64,000 nt of DNA from the NCBI GenBank assembly GCA_013336275.1, contig JAAXUA010000002.1:127904-191903 (forward strand), in the 5' to 3' direction. The DNA is from Candidatus Falkowbacteria bacterium. Lineage in GTDB: Bacteria; Patescibacteriota; Patescibacteriia; Patescibacteriales; GWE2-39-37. Position 1 is the stretch's first letter. Each line of letters begins with the position of its first letter. Below the pieces are notes generated by a model, which worked only from the letters and a program-made list of their open reading frames with translations, did not search any database and was not told the DNA's origin. The translations under genes were made by a program, and so were the position numbers. This document shows positions 8,431 to 17,139 of this stretch, piece by piece.

Positions 8431-9888
8431 ATGAAATTGAACGAACTGACAATAGCGGAAGCGCAAACCAAGTTGGAGGCTGGAGAGGTGACATCAGTCG
8501 AATTGACTGAGGCTTGCCTGGCCCGCATCGAAGAGGTCGATGGCGAGGTCAAAGCCTGCCTGACTGTAGCTGCCGACGAGGCTTTAGCCGCAGCTCGCGC
8601 TGCTGACGAACGCCGCGCCTCCGGAGAGACCGGCCCGCTTTTAGGCATCCCTTTCCTTTGCAAGGATAATATAATGACCGCCGGCATTAAAACGACGGCC
8701 GCTTCAAAAATTTTGGAAAACTATATCGCTCCTTACGACGCGACCATAGTCGTGCGGCTGAAAGAGGCTGGAGCCGTGCTCTTGGGCAAGACCAATCTGG
8801 ACGAGTTCGCTCATGGTGCTTCGACCGAGAACAGCGCCTTCGGAACCACCCACAATCCTTATGACCTGGAGCGCGTGCCTGGTGGTTCCTCAGGGGGCTC
8901 AGCCGCGGCTGTTGCCGCTGATATGTGCCTGTTCGCTTTGGGCACCGACACCGGCGGCTCGATCCGCTGCCCGGCCAGCTTCTGCGGCATTACCGGCCTC
9001 AAGCCGACCTACGGCCGCAGCTCACGTTTCGGACTGGTCGCCATGACCAGCTCGACCGACGTGCCGGGGCCGATGACCAAGACGGCCGAGGATGCTGCCA
9101 TCGTCGAACAGGTAATCGCCGGGCTTGACCGCTATGATGCCACGACCGTCGATCGCCCGGTTCCGGAATATCGAGATGAATTAAGCTCGCCGCTTAAAGG
9201 CAAGAAAATCGGTTTGCCTAAGGAATATTTTACCGACGGTATCGAACCGGAAGTCAGCGTCGCCGTGAAGGAAGCGATCGAGGAATACAAGAAGCTCGGC
9301 GCCGAGGTCGTCGAAGTCAGTTTGCCGCACACCAAATACGGGGTGCCGGTCTATTATATTATTACCCCATCCGAGGTCAGCTCGAACCTGGCCCGCCATG
9401 ACGGCATCCGTTACGGTTATTCCACCCATGCCAACGAGAACAGCTTGGACAAGGTCTATACCAACAGCCGCGGCCAGGGCTTCGGCCAAGAGGCCAAGCG
9501 CCGCATCATGCTCGGCACCTACGCGCTCTCGGCCGGCTATTTCGATGCTTACTATCTCCAGGCACAGAAGGTGCGTACTAAGATAAAAGAAGAGTTTGAC
9601 AAAGTCCTGGCCGAGGTCGACTTCCTGCTGACCCCGACTTCGCCCCACCCGGCTTTCAAGATCGGGGAACAGGCGGCTGATCCATTGAAAATGTACCTCG
9701 AAGATATTTTTGTCACCGGCGCATCTTTGGCCGGGTTGCCCGCCTTGGCCATCCCGTGCGGCACGGCTCACGGCTTGCCGGTTGGCTTGCAGCTGATCGG
9801 CCGGGCTTTCGAGGAATCGACCCTGCTGTCCGCCGCTCATCACTACCAGCAGGCGACCGCATGGCACAAGAACAAACCTAAACTTTAA
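8431..9888 (+). CDS. gatA: Asp-tRNA(Asn)/Glu-tRNA(Gln) amidotransferase subunit A (amidase)
   Basis: The amidase signature GGSSGGSAAAVAA is present and the N-terminal region is GatA-like. Confidence 0.95.
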   Translation: MKLNELTIAEAQTKLEAGEVTSVELTEACLARIEEVDGEVKACLTVAADEALAAARAADERRASGETGPLLGIPFLCKDNIMTAGIKTTAASKILENYIAPYDATIVVRLKEAGAVLLGKTNLDEFAHGASTENSAFGTTHNPYDLERVPGGSSGGSAAAVAADMCLFALGTDTGGSIRCPASFCGITGLKPTYGRSSRFGLVAMTSSTDVPGPMTKTAEDAAIVEQVIAGLDRYDATTVDRPVPEYRDELSSPLKGKKIGLPKEYFTDGIEPEVSVAVKEAIEEYKKLGAEVVEVSLPHTKYGVPVYYIITPSEVSSNLARHDGIRYGYSTHANENSLDKVYTNSRGQGFGQEAKRRIMLGTYALSAGYFDAYYLQAQKVRTKIKEEFDKVLAEVDFLLTPTSPHPAFKIGEQAADPLKMYLEDIFVTGASLAGLPALAIPCGTAHGLPVGLQLIGRAFEESTLLSAAHHYQQATAWHKNKPKL

Positions 9889-9897
9889 AATAAGAGT

Positions 9898-10692
9898 ATG
9901 AATCAAGGAGAAAAGCCACTCGGCCAGGCCACTGCCAAACTGACGATTGTCGTCTTGGCACTCGTCTTGGTCACGGCTGTCGGGCTATGGATCGCCCAGA
10001 AGAAGATTCCGTCAATCACCCCGATCGAGCAGATAGCTACCTCGACCGCCGATAATGGACAGCTTGACCAGGCAAAAGAAGCCGAGCTGCAGAAGACCGG
10101 CAGTTTCGATGAGTCGAAGTTGGGCAAGGTTTTGCCAGTGCGGCTTGCCGATGACAAAGATCACGTCTGGGGCAGTTTGAGCGCCAAAGTGGTGATGATC
10201 ATCTATGATGATTTCGAGTGCCCGTTCTGCGCGGATTATTATGATACCGTCGAGAAGGCCAAGGCCGAATTCGGCGACAAGCTGGCCGTAGTCTTCCGGC
10301 ACGCGCCTCTTATAAATATCCACGCTTACGCCCTGAAGGCAGCTGAGGCTAGCGAGTGCGCGGCCGAACAGGGCAAGTTCTGGGAGATGTATGGCAAGCT
10401 GTTCGCTGACAACAAGGCTGGCCGGATGTACGACAAGCAGTTCAAGGACGATGCCAAGGCGATCGGCCTGGATCAGGCTAAATTCAACCAGTGTTTGGAC
10501 ACCGGCAAGTATAAGGACAAGGTGATAAATGAGATGATAGAGGCCAAGACCTTTAACGTCAACGGCACGCCGACGACCTTCATTAATGGCGAGATAGTGG
10601 TGGGAGCTAATCCTTACGAGGATTTGGTTGCCAGCGATGGCCGGAAGATCGAAGGGCTCAAAAATATCATCACTAGACAACTGCAGAAATAA
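9898..10692 (+). CDS. DsbA-family thiol:disulfide oxidoreductase, membrane-anchored
   Basis: There is an N-terminal TM helix and a thioredoxin CxxC active site (FECPFCADYY). Confidence 0.8.
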   Translation: MNQGEKPLGQATAKLTIVVLALVLVTAVGLWIAQKKIPSITPIEQIATSTADNGQLDQAKEAELQKTGSFDESKLGKVLPVRLADDKDHVWGSLSAKVVMIIYDDFECPFCADYYDTVEKAKAEFGDKLAVVFRHAPLINIHAYALKAAEASECAAEQGKFWEMYGKLFADNKAGRMYDKQFKDDAKAIGLDQAKFNQCLDTGKYKDKVINEMIEAKTFNVNGTPTTFINGEIVVGANPYEDLVASDGRKIEGLKNIITRQLQK

Positions 10693-10736
10693 TTAGTATC
10701 ATAGAAAACGCCTGCTTCTGGCGGGCGTTTTCATTT

Positions 10737-10826
10737 GGAGAGATCGCATAGTGGTCGAGTGCGCTCGCTTGGAAAGCGGGTAAGCTGTAAAAGGCTTCGA
10801 GGGTTCAAATCCCTCTCTCTCCGCCA
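10737..10826 (+). tRNA. tRNA-Ser (anticodon GGA), long variable arm, CCA encoded
   Basis: The acceptor stem GGAGAGA/TCTCTCC and discriminator G are followed by CCA. The anticodon stem CTCGC/GCGGG encloses the loop TTGGAAA (anticodon GGA). The long variable arm is typical of class II tRNAs. Confidence 0.85.
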
Positions 10827-11004
10827 AATAAATCAGACCCCATTATGGGGTCTGATTTATTTTGTGAAGACGGGAGGGTAAGAATTCTCGCTTGATAATA
10901 GGCGGATGTCAATCAGAAATAATAATAGTGATAGTCTAGATATTAAATGAAAGGTTTTTGAAATGATCAAAGGGGCTTCCGCCCTGCCTGCCTGCCGGCA
11001 GGTA

Positions 11005-11027
11005 GGTTCAAATCCCTCTCTCTCCGC
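11005..11027 (+). repeat. Direct repeat of the tRNA-Ser 3' end (T-loop plus acceptor 3' strand); a tRNA fragment, not a tRNA
   Basis: The 23 nt ggttcaaatccctctctctccgc are identical to 10802..10824 of the tRNA. There is no matching 5' acceptor strand and the upstream hairpin has a 4-nt loop, so it is not a functional tRNA. A terminator hairpin follows it. Confidence 0.6.
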
Positions 11028-11115
11028 ACATAAAGCAGCCCGGAAATTGTCGGGCTGTTTTTAATATTTTGTTAATGCAGGTGGTTTATGATGAAACATA
11101 AACTAATATAATCAT

Positions 11116-11712
11116 ATGAGAAAAATCATTGTTCTGACTTTTATAACGCTCGATGGCGTCATGCAGGCGCCTGGCGGCCCCAAGGAAGATACTTCGGGCG
11201 GTTTCAAATTCGGCGGGTGGACAGTCCCATATTTTGATGAGTTCGCAGGCAAAGTCATGAGTGAACAAATGAAAGGGAAGTACGACCTTCTTCTTGGAAG
11301 AAAAACTTTCGAAATATTTGCAGGCTATTGGCCGCAGCATACGGAAGAGTGGCCTCAAGTCAATCAAATCACAAAATATGTTGTCACTAAAACCCTTAAG
11401 AACCCTGCCTGGGAGAATACCGTGGTTATCAAAGACGATGTCGTGAATGAGATAAGAAAGCTCAAAGAGCAGGACGGGCCGGCGTTGCAAGTGCATGGGA
11501 GCGGTAACTTGATCCAAACGCTTTTGAAGAACGATTTGGTCGATGAATTGTGGCTCAAAATATTTCCCATCACGCTCGGTTCGGGAAAACGTTTGTTCGC
11601 TGAGGGCGTCATCCCCGCGGCCTTCACTCTCGTGGAGTCTCAAGCATCACCCAGCGGAGTCATCATCGCTTCTTATAAACGAGCAGGCGAAGTAAAAACC
11701 GGCTCGTTTTAA
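11116..11712 (+). CDS. Dihydrofolate reductase family protein (RibD C-terminal domain-like)
   Basis: IVLTFITLDGVMQ...GGW..PYFDE...LLLGRKTFE...VHGSGNL is the RibD_C/DHFR-like pattern. Confidence 0.75.
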   Translation: MRKIIVLTFITLDGVMQAPGGPKEDTSGGFKFGGWTVPYFDEFAGKVMSEQMKGKYDLLLGRKTFEIFAGYWPQHTEEWPQVNQITKYVVTKTLKNPAWENTVVIKDDVVNEIRKLKEQDGPALQVHGSGNLIQTLLKNDLVDELWLKIFPITLGSGKRLFAEGVIPAAFTLVESQASPSGVIIASYKRAGEVKTGSF

Positions 11713-11813
11713 TGCAGAAGCAATTTGTCCTCTGAGATTCTTTTGTGCTATGAAAATTGAGTTTCGCGCCAAGTCATGCTAACTTTAAATTGTTAGCATT
11801 TATCAAAATATCT

Positions 11814-12539
11814 ATGTTCAAAGAAAAGACTGTCCTAGTAACCGGCGGTTCGAGCGGTATCGGCAAAGTCGCTGCGATTTTGTTCGCTCAGCAAGGAGCG
11901 GACGTCGTGATTACGTACAAGAGTAATAAGGAGGGCGCCAAAGACACAGTCAAGGAAATAAGGAAATTGAAAAGAAAGGCCATTGCTATCAAGGCGGACC
12001 TAATCAAAGAAGGCAATGCCAAGCGGGTAGCGGAGAAGGCGCTTGAAAAATTCGGCAAAATCGACGTCCTGGTTAATAATGCCGGGCGGTATATCGACGG
12101 CGACGAATGGGATGGCGAATCGAAAGTCTGGATAGAGTCGTTGGGTCAAAATTTGGTCTCAGTAATGAATATGTCGAAATATGCCGCGGAGGCATTCAAG
12201 CGGCAAGGCAGGGGCGTGATAGTGAATGTCGCTTCCGAACTCGGACACTCCGGCAGCGCAGATGCCATTTCCTATGGCGCAGCCAAGGCCGGCATCGTGA
12301 ATGTCACTAAAGCCTACGCTAAATTATTATCTTCATCGAATGGCCGCGCTAATTCGGTTTCTCCCGGCGCAGCCAACGTCGGCTATTGGCTGACGGCGCC
12401 GAAAGAGGAGTTGGAAGAGCGCATCGCCCGGACTCCGAATCATCGCTTGGTCGAGCCAGCGGAGGTTGCCCAAAAGATAGCATATCTGGCGTCAGACGAA
12501 GCTAGCGCAATCAATGGCCAGGATTTTCTGATCGAATAG
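11814..12539 (+). CDS. SDR family oxidoreductase
   Basis: KTVLVTGGSSGIGK Rossmann motif, NNAG, and the catalytic YGAAK (YxxxK). The ORF track starts at 11757; the ATG at 11814 is more plausible. Confidence 0.85.
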   Translation: MFKEKTVLVTGGSSGIGKVAAILFAQQGADVVITYKSNKEGAKDTVKEIRKLKRKAIAIKADLIKEGNAKRVAEKALEKFGKIDVLVNNAGRYIDGDEWDGESKVWIESLGQNLVSVMNMSKYAAEAFKRQGRGVIVNVASELGHSGSADAISYGAAKAGIVNVTKAYAKLLSSSNGRANSVSPGAANVGYWLTAPKEELEERIARTPNHRLVEPAEVAQKIAYLASDEASAINGQDFLIE

Positions 12540-12666
12540 CCATTGTCGTAAAAAATCAATAATTTCTTCAAATAAAAAACAGCCACCGGTTACCCAGTGG
12601 CTTGTGTTGCATAGAGTGTTGATCATTGCGACCAGTCGTAGACGTAGACGTCCAGTCCGTTCGCAA

Positions 12667-13209
12667 TCAGCGGTTCTTGAGGATATCGGAGTATCCGTTT
12701 TTCTCCAGCCATTCGCGCTGGTTCAGCCGGCCGGAGCTAGCGTCATAGATGACGAGCGCCAGCCAGAGCAGGAGCAGCAGAATAGTGGCCGTCTTTTCGC
12801 CAGACCTGCCATAAAGGTAGGTGACCGGCAACAGGATGGCCAGGAGGTAGAGAAACAGCGGCACGATTGCCAGGTTGTGGTAGATGTCCACTGCTTGGCC
12901 GAGCTGCCAGTTCGAGTTGGCCAGAACGCCGACTTCGATAATAACGCCGAGCCCCAGGCAGACGAACGCCAGGGCCAGATGCAAGAGGTCGGAGGTCAGC
13001 CAAGAGGGCAGGATGTGCACCCGTTTCAGGACGGTCACGGCGATCAGGATGATGACGATCAGACCGATGTCGCCATAGCGGGCGGCGTGCGAGACGTTGT
13101 AGGAAAAGCCTTCGAGCGTCTCCCGTCCGGCGTCGATGACGAAGCCGGTCAAGAGATAGAGCAGGAGTGCTAACCCCCAGATGGGCAATTGATAAAGTGC
13201 ATTATGCAT
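12667..13209 (-). CDS. Hypothetical integral membrane protein
   Basis: Multiple hydrophobic helices are present. It was chosen over the overlapping + strand ORF 12604..13173, which is a low-complexity charged frame. The start is uncertain (13209 or 13293). Confidence 0.45.
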   Translation of the reverse strand: MHNALYQLPIWGLALLLYLLTGFVIDAGRETLEGFSYNVSHAARYGDIGLIVIILIAVTVLKRVHILPSWLTSDLLHLALAFVCLGLGVIIEVGVLANSNWQLGQAVDIYHNLAIVPLFLYLLAILLPVTYLYGRSGEKTATILLLLLWLALVIYDASSGRLNQREWLEKNGYSDILKNR

Positions 13210-13329
13210 GGCAAAGCCTCCTTTCGGGCGTTTTTTTGGTGTTTTTGCTAAGCAAAGATTCTTCACCATACTATAAAATAGCCTTATTGTCAATTAAAAT
13301 CACCAATATCCATCGGCCTCCCGCTTGTA

Positions 13330-13358
13330 TTGACATTTTGGCTGATTTTTGCTATGAT
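13330..13358 (+). promoter_or_regulatory. Sigma-70-type promoter: TTGACA, 17-nt spacer, TATGAT
   Basis: A perfect -35 TTGACA (13330-13335) and near-consensus -10 TATGAT (13353-13358) lie about 110 nt upstream of the RRM-protein gene. Confidence 0.5.
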
Positions 13359-13471
13359 TACCCGCGTAAGTGTTTCTCAGTAAGTTTTCTATTTCTTGTC
13401 ATACAAATGCGAGAGTAGAGGCGAAGAGAAGGTCGCCTTACATTTTATAAAATATAAGTTTGCAAACTTGT

Positions 13472-13810
13472 ATGGCAAAGAAGTTATACGTCGGCAACTT
13501 GTCTTATAGCTCCACTGAGCAGTCTCTTCGCGAGGCTTTCGCTCCGTTCGGTGCTATCACTTCAGTGAGCATCATCACTGATAAGATGACTGGCCGCTCT
13601 AAGGGTTTTGGTTTCGTCGAAATGGATAATGACGACGAGGCACAGCAGGCAATCGATGCTATGAACGGCAAAGAAGTCGATGGCCGCACCCTGACCGTTA
13701 ACGAGGCTCGTCCAATGACTGAGCGCCCACCTCGCCGTGATTTCAATCGCGGTGGCGGTGATCGCGGAGGTTTCGGCGGCGGCAATCGTGAACGTCGTTC
13801 CAGCTGGTAA
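13472..13810 (+). CDS. RNA-binding protein with RRM domain and Gly/Arg-rich tail
   Basis: KLYVGNLSYS (RNP2) and KGFGFVEM (RNP1) are present, with a C-terminal RGGGDRGGFGGGNRE tail. Confidence 0.85.
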   Translation: MAKKLYVGNLSYSSTEQSLREAFAPFGAITSVSIITDKMTGRSKGFGFVEMDNDDEAQQAIDAMNGKEVDGRTLTVNEARPMTERPPRRDFNRGGGDRGGFGGGNRERRSSW

Positions 13811-13830
13811 ACATCAGTAGTTAACGATAA

Positions 13831-13862
13831 AAAAAGTCCCGGATAATCCGGGACTTTTTTGT
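13831..13862. terminator. Bidirectional Rho-independent terminator
   Basis: The hairpin agtcccgg-ataa-tccgggact is flanked by an A-run and a T-run, between the convergent RRM gene and the ZIP transporter gene. Confidence 0.7.
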
Positions 13863-13880
13863 ATGTCGGAAATATTGGCG

Positions 13881-14627
13881 CTAGCCGAGATTCTTGAGCA
13901 ATGACATGATGACGATGCCCAAGATGATGCCGCAGAACTGCTGCAGGGTCTTGGAGAGGGCGGTGTGCTTCTTCAACTCTGGAATCAGGTCGGCAGTGGC
14001 GATGTAAATGAAGCCGCCGGCGGTTATCGGCAGGATATAATCGGTCAGATTCGGAATCCTGGTGCTCAAGAGCAGGGTCAGGGCCGCGCCGATGACTGAA
14101 AGCAAAGAAGAAAGAAAATTATATGTCAGGGCCTTGGCGCGCGTGTAGCCGGAGTGGATTAGGACGCCGAGGTCGCCAATCTCTTGTGGGACTTCGTGTG
14201 CCAGGACGGCGATCAAGGTGGCCAGCCCCAAAGGGATACTGACCAGGAAAGCGCCAGCGATGACTGCGCCGTCGATGAAGTTATGCAAGGCGTCGCCGAC
14301 CAGATTCATTACGCCCAAGGTTTTGTTATGCTCGCATTCTTCGTGGTTGTGGCAGTGGTGCCAGTGGACGATTTTTTCTAAGACGAAGAACATCAAAACG
14401 CCAACCAGGAAGAGGTACCAGATCAGGAGTTTGCCGTCGGCCTTCTCGGCGGCTTCGGGCAAAAGATGGATGGCGGCGTCGCCTAGCATCGTGCCGGCTG
14501 ACAGGCTGACCAGAAACATGATTACGCGTTCGGTCTTGGATTCGGAAAAGAAGAGGAAGAAGATCCCAATCAAGGAAGCGGCCGAAACCAAAAAGACGCT
14601 GCCGAAAATGTAGAGGTAAAGTGACAT
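13881..14627 (-). CDS. zupT: ZIP family metal (zinc) transporter
   Basis: LHNFIDGAVIAGAF and HEVPQEIGDLGVLI are ZIP signature motifs, and the protein is multi-TM. Confidence 0.85.
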   Translation of the reverse strand: MSLYLYIFGSVFLVSAASLIGIFFLFFSESKTERVIMFLVSLSAGTMLGDAAIHLLPEAAEKADGKLLIWYLFLVGVLMFFVLEKIVHWHHCHNHEECEHNKTLGVMNLVGDALHNFIDGAVIAGAFLVSIPLGLATLIAVLAHEVPQEIGDLGVLIHSGYTRAKALTYNFLSSLLSVIGAALTLLLSTRIPNLTDYILPITAGGFIYIATADLIPELKKHTALSKTLQQFCGIILGIVIMSLLKNLG

Positions 14628-14726
14628 TCGTTATATTGATAATTACTTTAATTGTAGCACAAAACCCCTTTTGACCTAAGGGGTTTAATGCCATATAATG
14701 GTAGCACTAATAACTGATTTGGCAAT

Positions 14727-15092
14727 ATGGACTTTTCTCTTGACAAAAATAAGATAAATCTGTCTGGTGATGTTATTTTGCGGCGAGCCGGTTATGGCTT
14801 TATCCATGACAGTAAAACCGGCAAGGACAGTTATGTCCGACGCATGACCCGGGATTTCTACCCGCGCCTACATATGTACGTCAAGGAAGACCAGCAAAGC
14901 GTCGTTTTCAGCCTGCATCTGGATCAGAAGCGGGCTAGCTACCAAGGCAGCCACATGCACAATGCCGAATATGACGGACCGATCGTGGCCGGGGAAGTAG
15001 AGCGGCTGAAGCAGGTGGTTATGGGATTGTTGTCCCAGCCAGCTCCAGGGGCGCAGCCGGAATCAGAGAAGAAATGGTATAAGTTCTGGTAG
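14727..15092 (+). CDS. Hypothetical protein
   Basis: It is an ORF in the gap between the ZIP gene and dnaG. No recognizable motif was seen. Confidence 0.4.
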   Translation: MDFSLDKNKINLSGDVILRRAGYGFIHDSKTGKDSYVRRMTRDFYPRLHMYVKEDQQSVVFSLHLDQKRASYQGSHMHNAEYDGPIVAGEVERLKQVVMGLLSQPAPGAQPESEKKWYKFW

Positions 15093-15126
15093 GTTTTAAA
15101 TTTAAATCCCAAGTTTCAAATAGACA

Positions 15127-17127
15127 ATGAATCCCTCAGATGAAGTAAAAGCCAAACTCGACCTCGTGGATGTCATCCGCGGCTACATCGACCTCAAACC
15201 GGCCGGTGTGAATTTTCGCGCCAATTGCCCGTTCCATCGCGAGAAGTCTCCTTCATTCATCGTCAGTCCGGACAAGCAGATCTGGCACTGTTTCGGTTGC
15301 GGCAAGGGCGGCGACCTGTTCACCTTTGTCATGGACATCGAGGGCCTGTCTTTCATCGAGACGCTGCGTCTGCTGGCGCCCAAGGCAGGCGTCGAGCTCA
15401 AGCAAGCCGACCCGAAGCTGGCTTCACAAAGAAGCCGCTCGCTCGACGCCATGGAACTCGCCACCAAATATTATCATCACATTCTCACCACCTCGAAGCA
15501 AGCCCAGCCGGCTCGCGATTATCTGGCCCAGCGCGGTCTGAGCGAAGAGACAATCAGCGAGTGGCGCATCGGCTACAGTCCGGACAGCTGGGATGACCTG
15601 GTTAATTTTCTAGGCAGCCGCGGTTTCACGCCAAACGAGATATTCGCAGCCGGACTAAGTACTAAGAAAGAAGGCGCTAATCGTTTCTATAACCGTTTTC
15701 GCGGACGCATCATGTTCCCGATCGCCGATGCCAACGGCGACGTCGTCGCTTTTACGGCCCGCGTCAGCCCGGAAAAAGAAGCGACCGAGAAGATGGGCAA
15801 ATACATCAATAGCCCACAGACTTCGATATATGACAAGAGCAAAATACTTTTCGGGTTGAACCGGGCCAAGCAGGCAATCCGGCAGGAGAACGCGGCCGTC
15901 CTGGTCGAAGGGCAGATGGATGTCATTACCGCTCACCAGCATGGCTTCAAGAACGTGATCGCAACTTCGGGCACGGCCTTGACCGCCGATCAGCTGGACA
16001 TGATTAAGCGCTACACGACCAACATTTCCTTGGCGCTCGACGCCGATTCCGCCGGGCAAGAAGCGATCCAGCGCGGAGAGCAGATGGCCCGCTCCATCGA
16101 CTATCAAGAAATGGAGGCGGAAGACGCGCGCGGCCGCTTGCGCCGTTACGTCGATCCGGAACAGAGCTATACCTTCCATTTGAAAGTGGTTGAAATACCG
16201 AACGGCAAGGACCCGGACGATTGCATCCGCAACAATCCCGAAGAGTGGCGGCAAGCGGTCGCCTCCGGCAAGCAAGTGATGGAATTCTACTTCGACAAGG
16301 CGCTGGCTACGCTCGATGTCCGCAATATCGAGCATCGGCGGGCGGCCTTGAAAGTCCTCTTGCCCAAGCTCGTCGAGCTGGGCAGGGAAAACCGCAGTGA
16401 ACAGGATTTCTGGCTCAAGCGCTTGTCGCAGCGGTTGGATATCTCCGAGACGGCCTTGCGCGAGGACTTGGCGGCCGCCGAGGCGCAGTTCCGCCCGCAG
16501 AACAACCCGAGACCGCGGCCAAAAGAGGCGGCACCGCTGGCCCCCAAGAGCCGAGGCGAGCAATTGTCCGAGCTGCTCCTGGCTTTGGCGTTGCGCCAGC
16601 CCAATTATTTCAGTTATTTGGCGAACAATCTGCAGCTCGATCAGGTCATCGGTTCGGCCAATCAGGGTCTTTACAAGGGGCTGATAATCTATTATAATAA
16701 AAACACTGAAACCTGGCTTTCGGGGACCTTGGCCGAAGACATCGGCGATGGCCAAAATAGGCCACAAAACGCCCCAGAAAGCAACCAATTCAGTTATCAA
16801 ATCATTAGAGAGTGGCTAAACTTACCTGAAGCCGCTCATGCTTTGTTGGCTGACCAACCGGCAATCGATCGGATCAAGCGCAAGCTGGATGAATTGACGT
16901 TGCTGGGAGAAAAGGAATTTTTCCAGCTGGAGCTGGAAGAAGCGCGGGCCGAAATCATTCGCCTGACCGCCTGGCTCAAGAAGCAGTATTTACAATCACG
17001 GCTGAAGGACGTCAGCCAGCTGATCAAGCAGGTTGAGGCCGAGAACAACCTCAGTCGCCTACAACCCCTGCTCGAGGAGTTCAAGTTCCTGTCCGAAGAA
17101 CTAAAGGAGTTTAATCATATTAATTAG
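15127..17127 (+). CDS. dnaG: DNA primase
   Basis: CPFHREKSPSF....HCFGCG is a CHC2 zinc finger. The RNA polymerase domain has a TOPRIM EGQMDV motif. The gene lies immediately upstream of rpoD, the conserved operon arrangement. Confidence 0.9.
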   Translation: MNPSDEVKAKLDLVDVIRGYIDLKPAGVNFRANCPFHREKSPSFIVSPDKQIWHCFGCGKGGDLFTFVMDIEGLSFIETLRLLAPKAGVELKQADPKLASQRSRSLDAMELATKYYHHILTTSKQAQPARDYLAQRGLSEETISEWRIGYSPDSWDDLVNFLGSRGFTPNEIFAAGLSTKKEGANRFYNRFRGRIMFPIADANGDVVAFTARVSPEKEATEKMGKYINSPQTSIYDKSKILFGLNRAKQAIRQENAAVLVEGQMDVITAHQHGFKNVIATSGTALTADQLDMIKRYTTNISLALDADSAGQEAIQRGEQMARSIDYQEMEAEDARGRLRRYVDPEQSYTFHLKVVEIPNGKDPDDCIRNNPEEWRQAVASGKQVMEFYFDKALATLDVRNIEHRRAALKVLLPKLVELGRENRSEQDFWLKRLSQRLDISETALREDLAAAEAQFRPQNNPRPRPKEAAPLAPKSRGEQLSELLLALALRQPNYFSYLANNLQLDQVIGSANQGLYKGLIIYYNKNTETWLSGTLAEDIGDGQNRPQNAPESNQFSYQIIREWLNLPEAAHALLADQPAIDRIKRKLDELTLLGEKEFFQLELEEARAEIIRLTAWLKKQYLQSRLKDVSQLIKQVEAENNLSRLQPLLEEFKFLSEELKEFNHIN

Positions 17128-17139
17128 CAAATCACGATA

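Noticed and set aside
9181-9906. 241-aa minus-strand ORF antisense to gatA. Similar long antisense ORFs occur at 10012..10680, 15655..16800, 17101..18303, 29662..30534, 31240..31914, 40188..41609, 45886..46824, 61003..61596 and 62323..62907.
   Set aside because: Each lies entirely inside a plus-strand gene with clear family motifs. Long antisense ORFs are expected at about 55% GC, and none has recognisable motifs or an RBS.
10960-11030. Possible second tRNA gene, because of its T-arm/acceptor similarity to tRNA-Ser.
   Set aside because: There is no complementary 5' acceptor strand. The only upstream hairpin has a 4-nt loop rather than a 7-nt anticodon loop. It is reported instead as a tRNA 3' fragment repeat.
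12604-13173. 189-aa plus-strand ORF.
   Set aside because: It has low-complexity, highly charged composition (QPEQEQQ, DQDDDDQ) and overlaps a minus-strand ORF with clear TM helices. The minus-strand gene is preferred.
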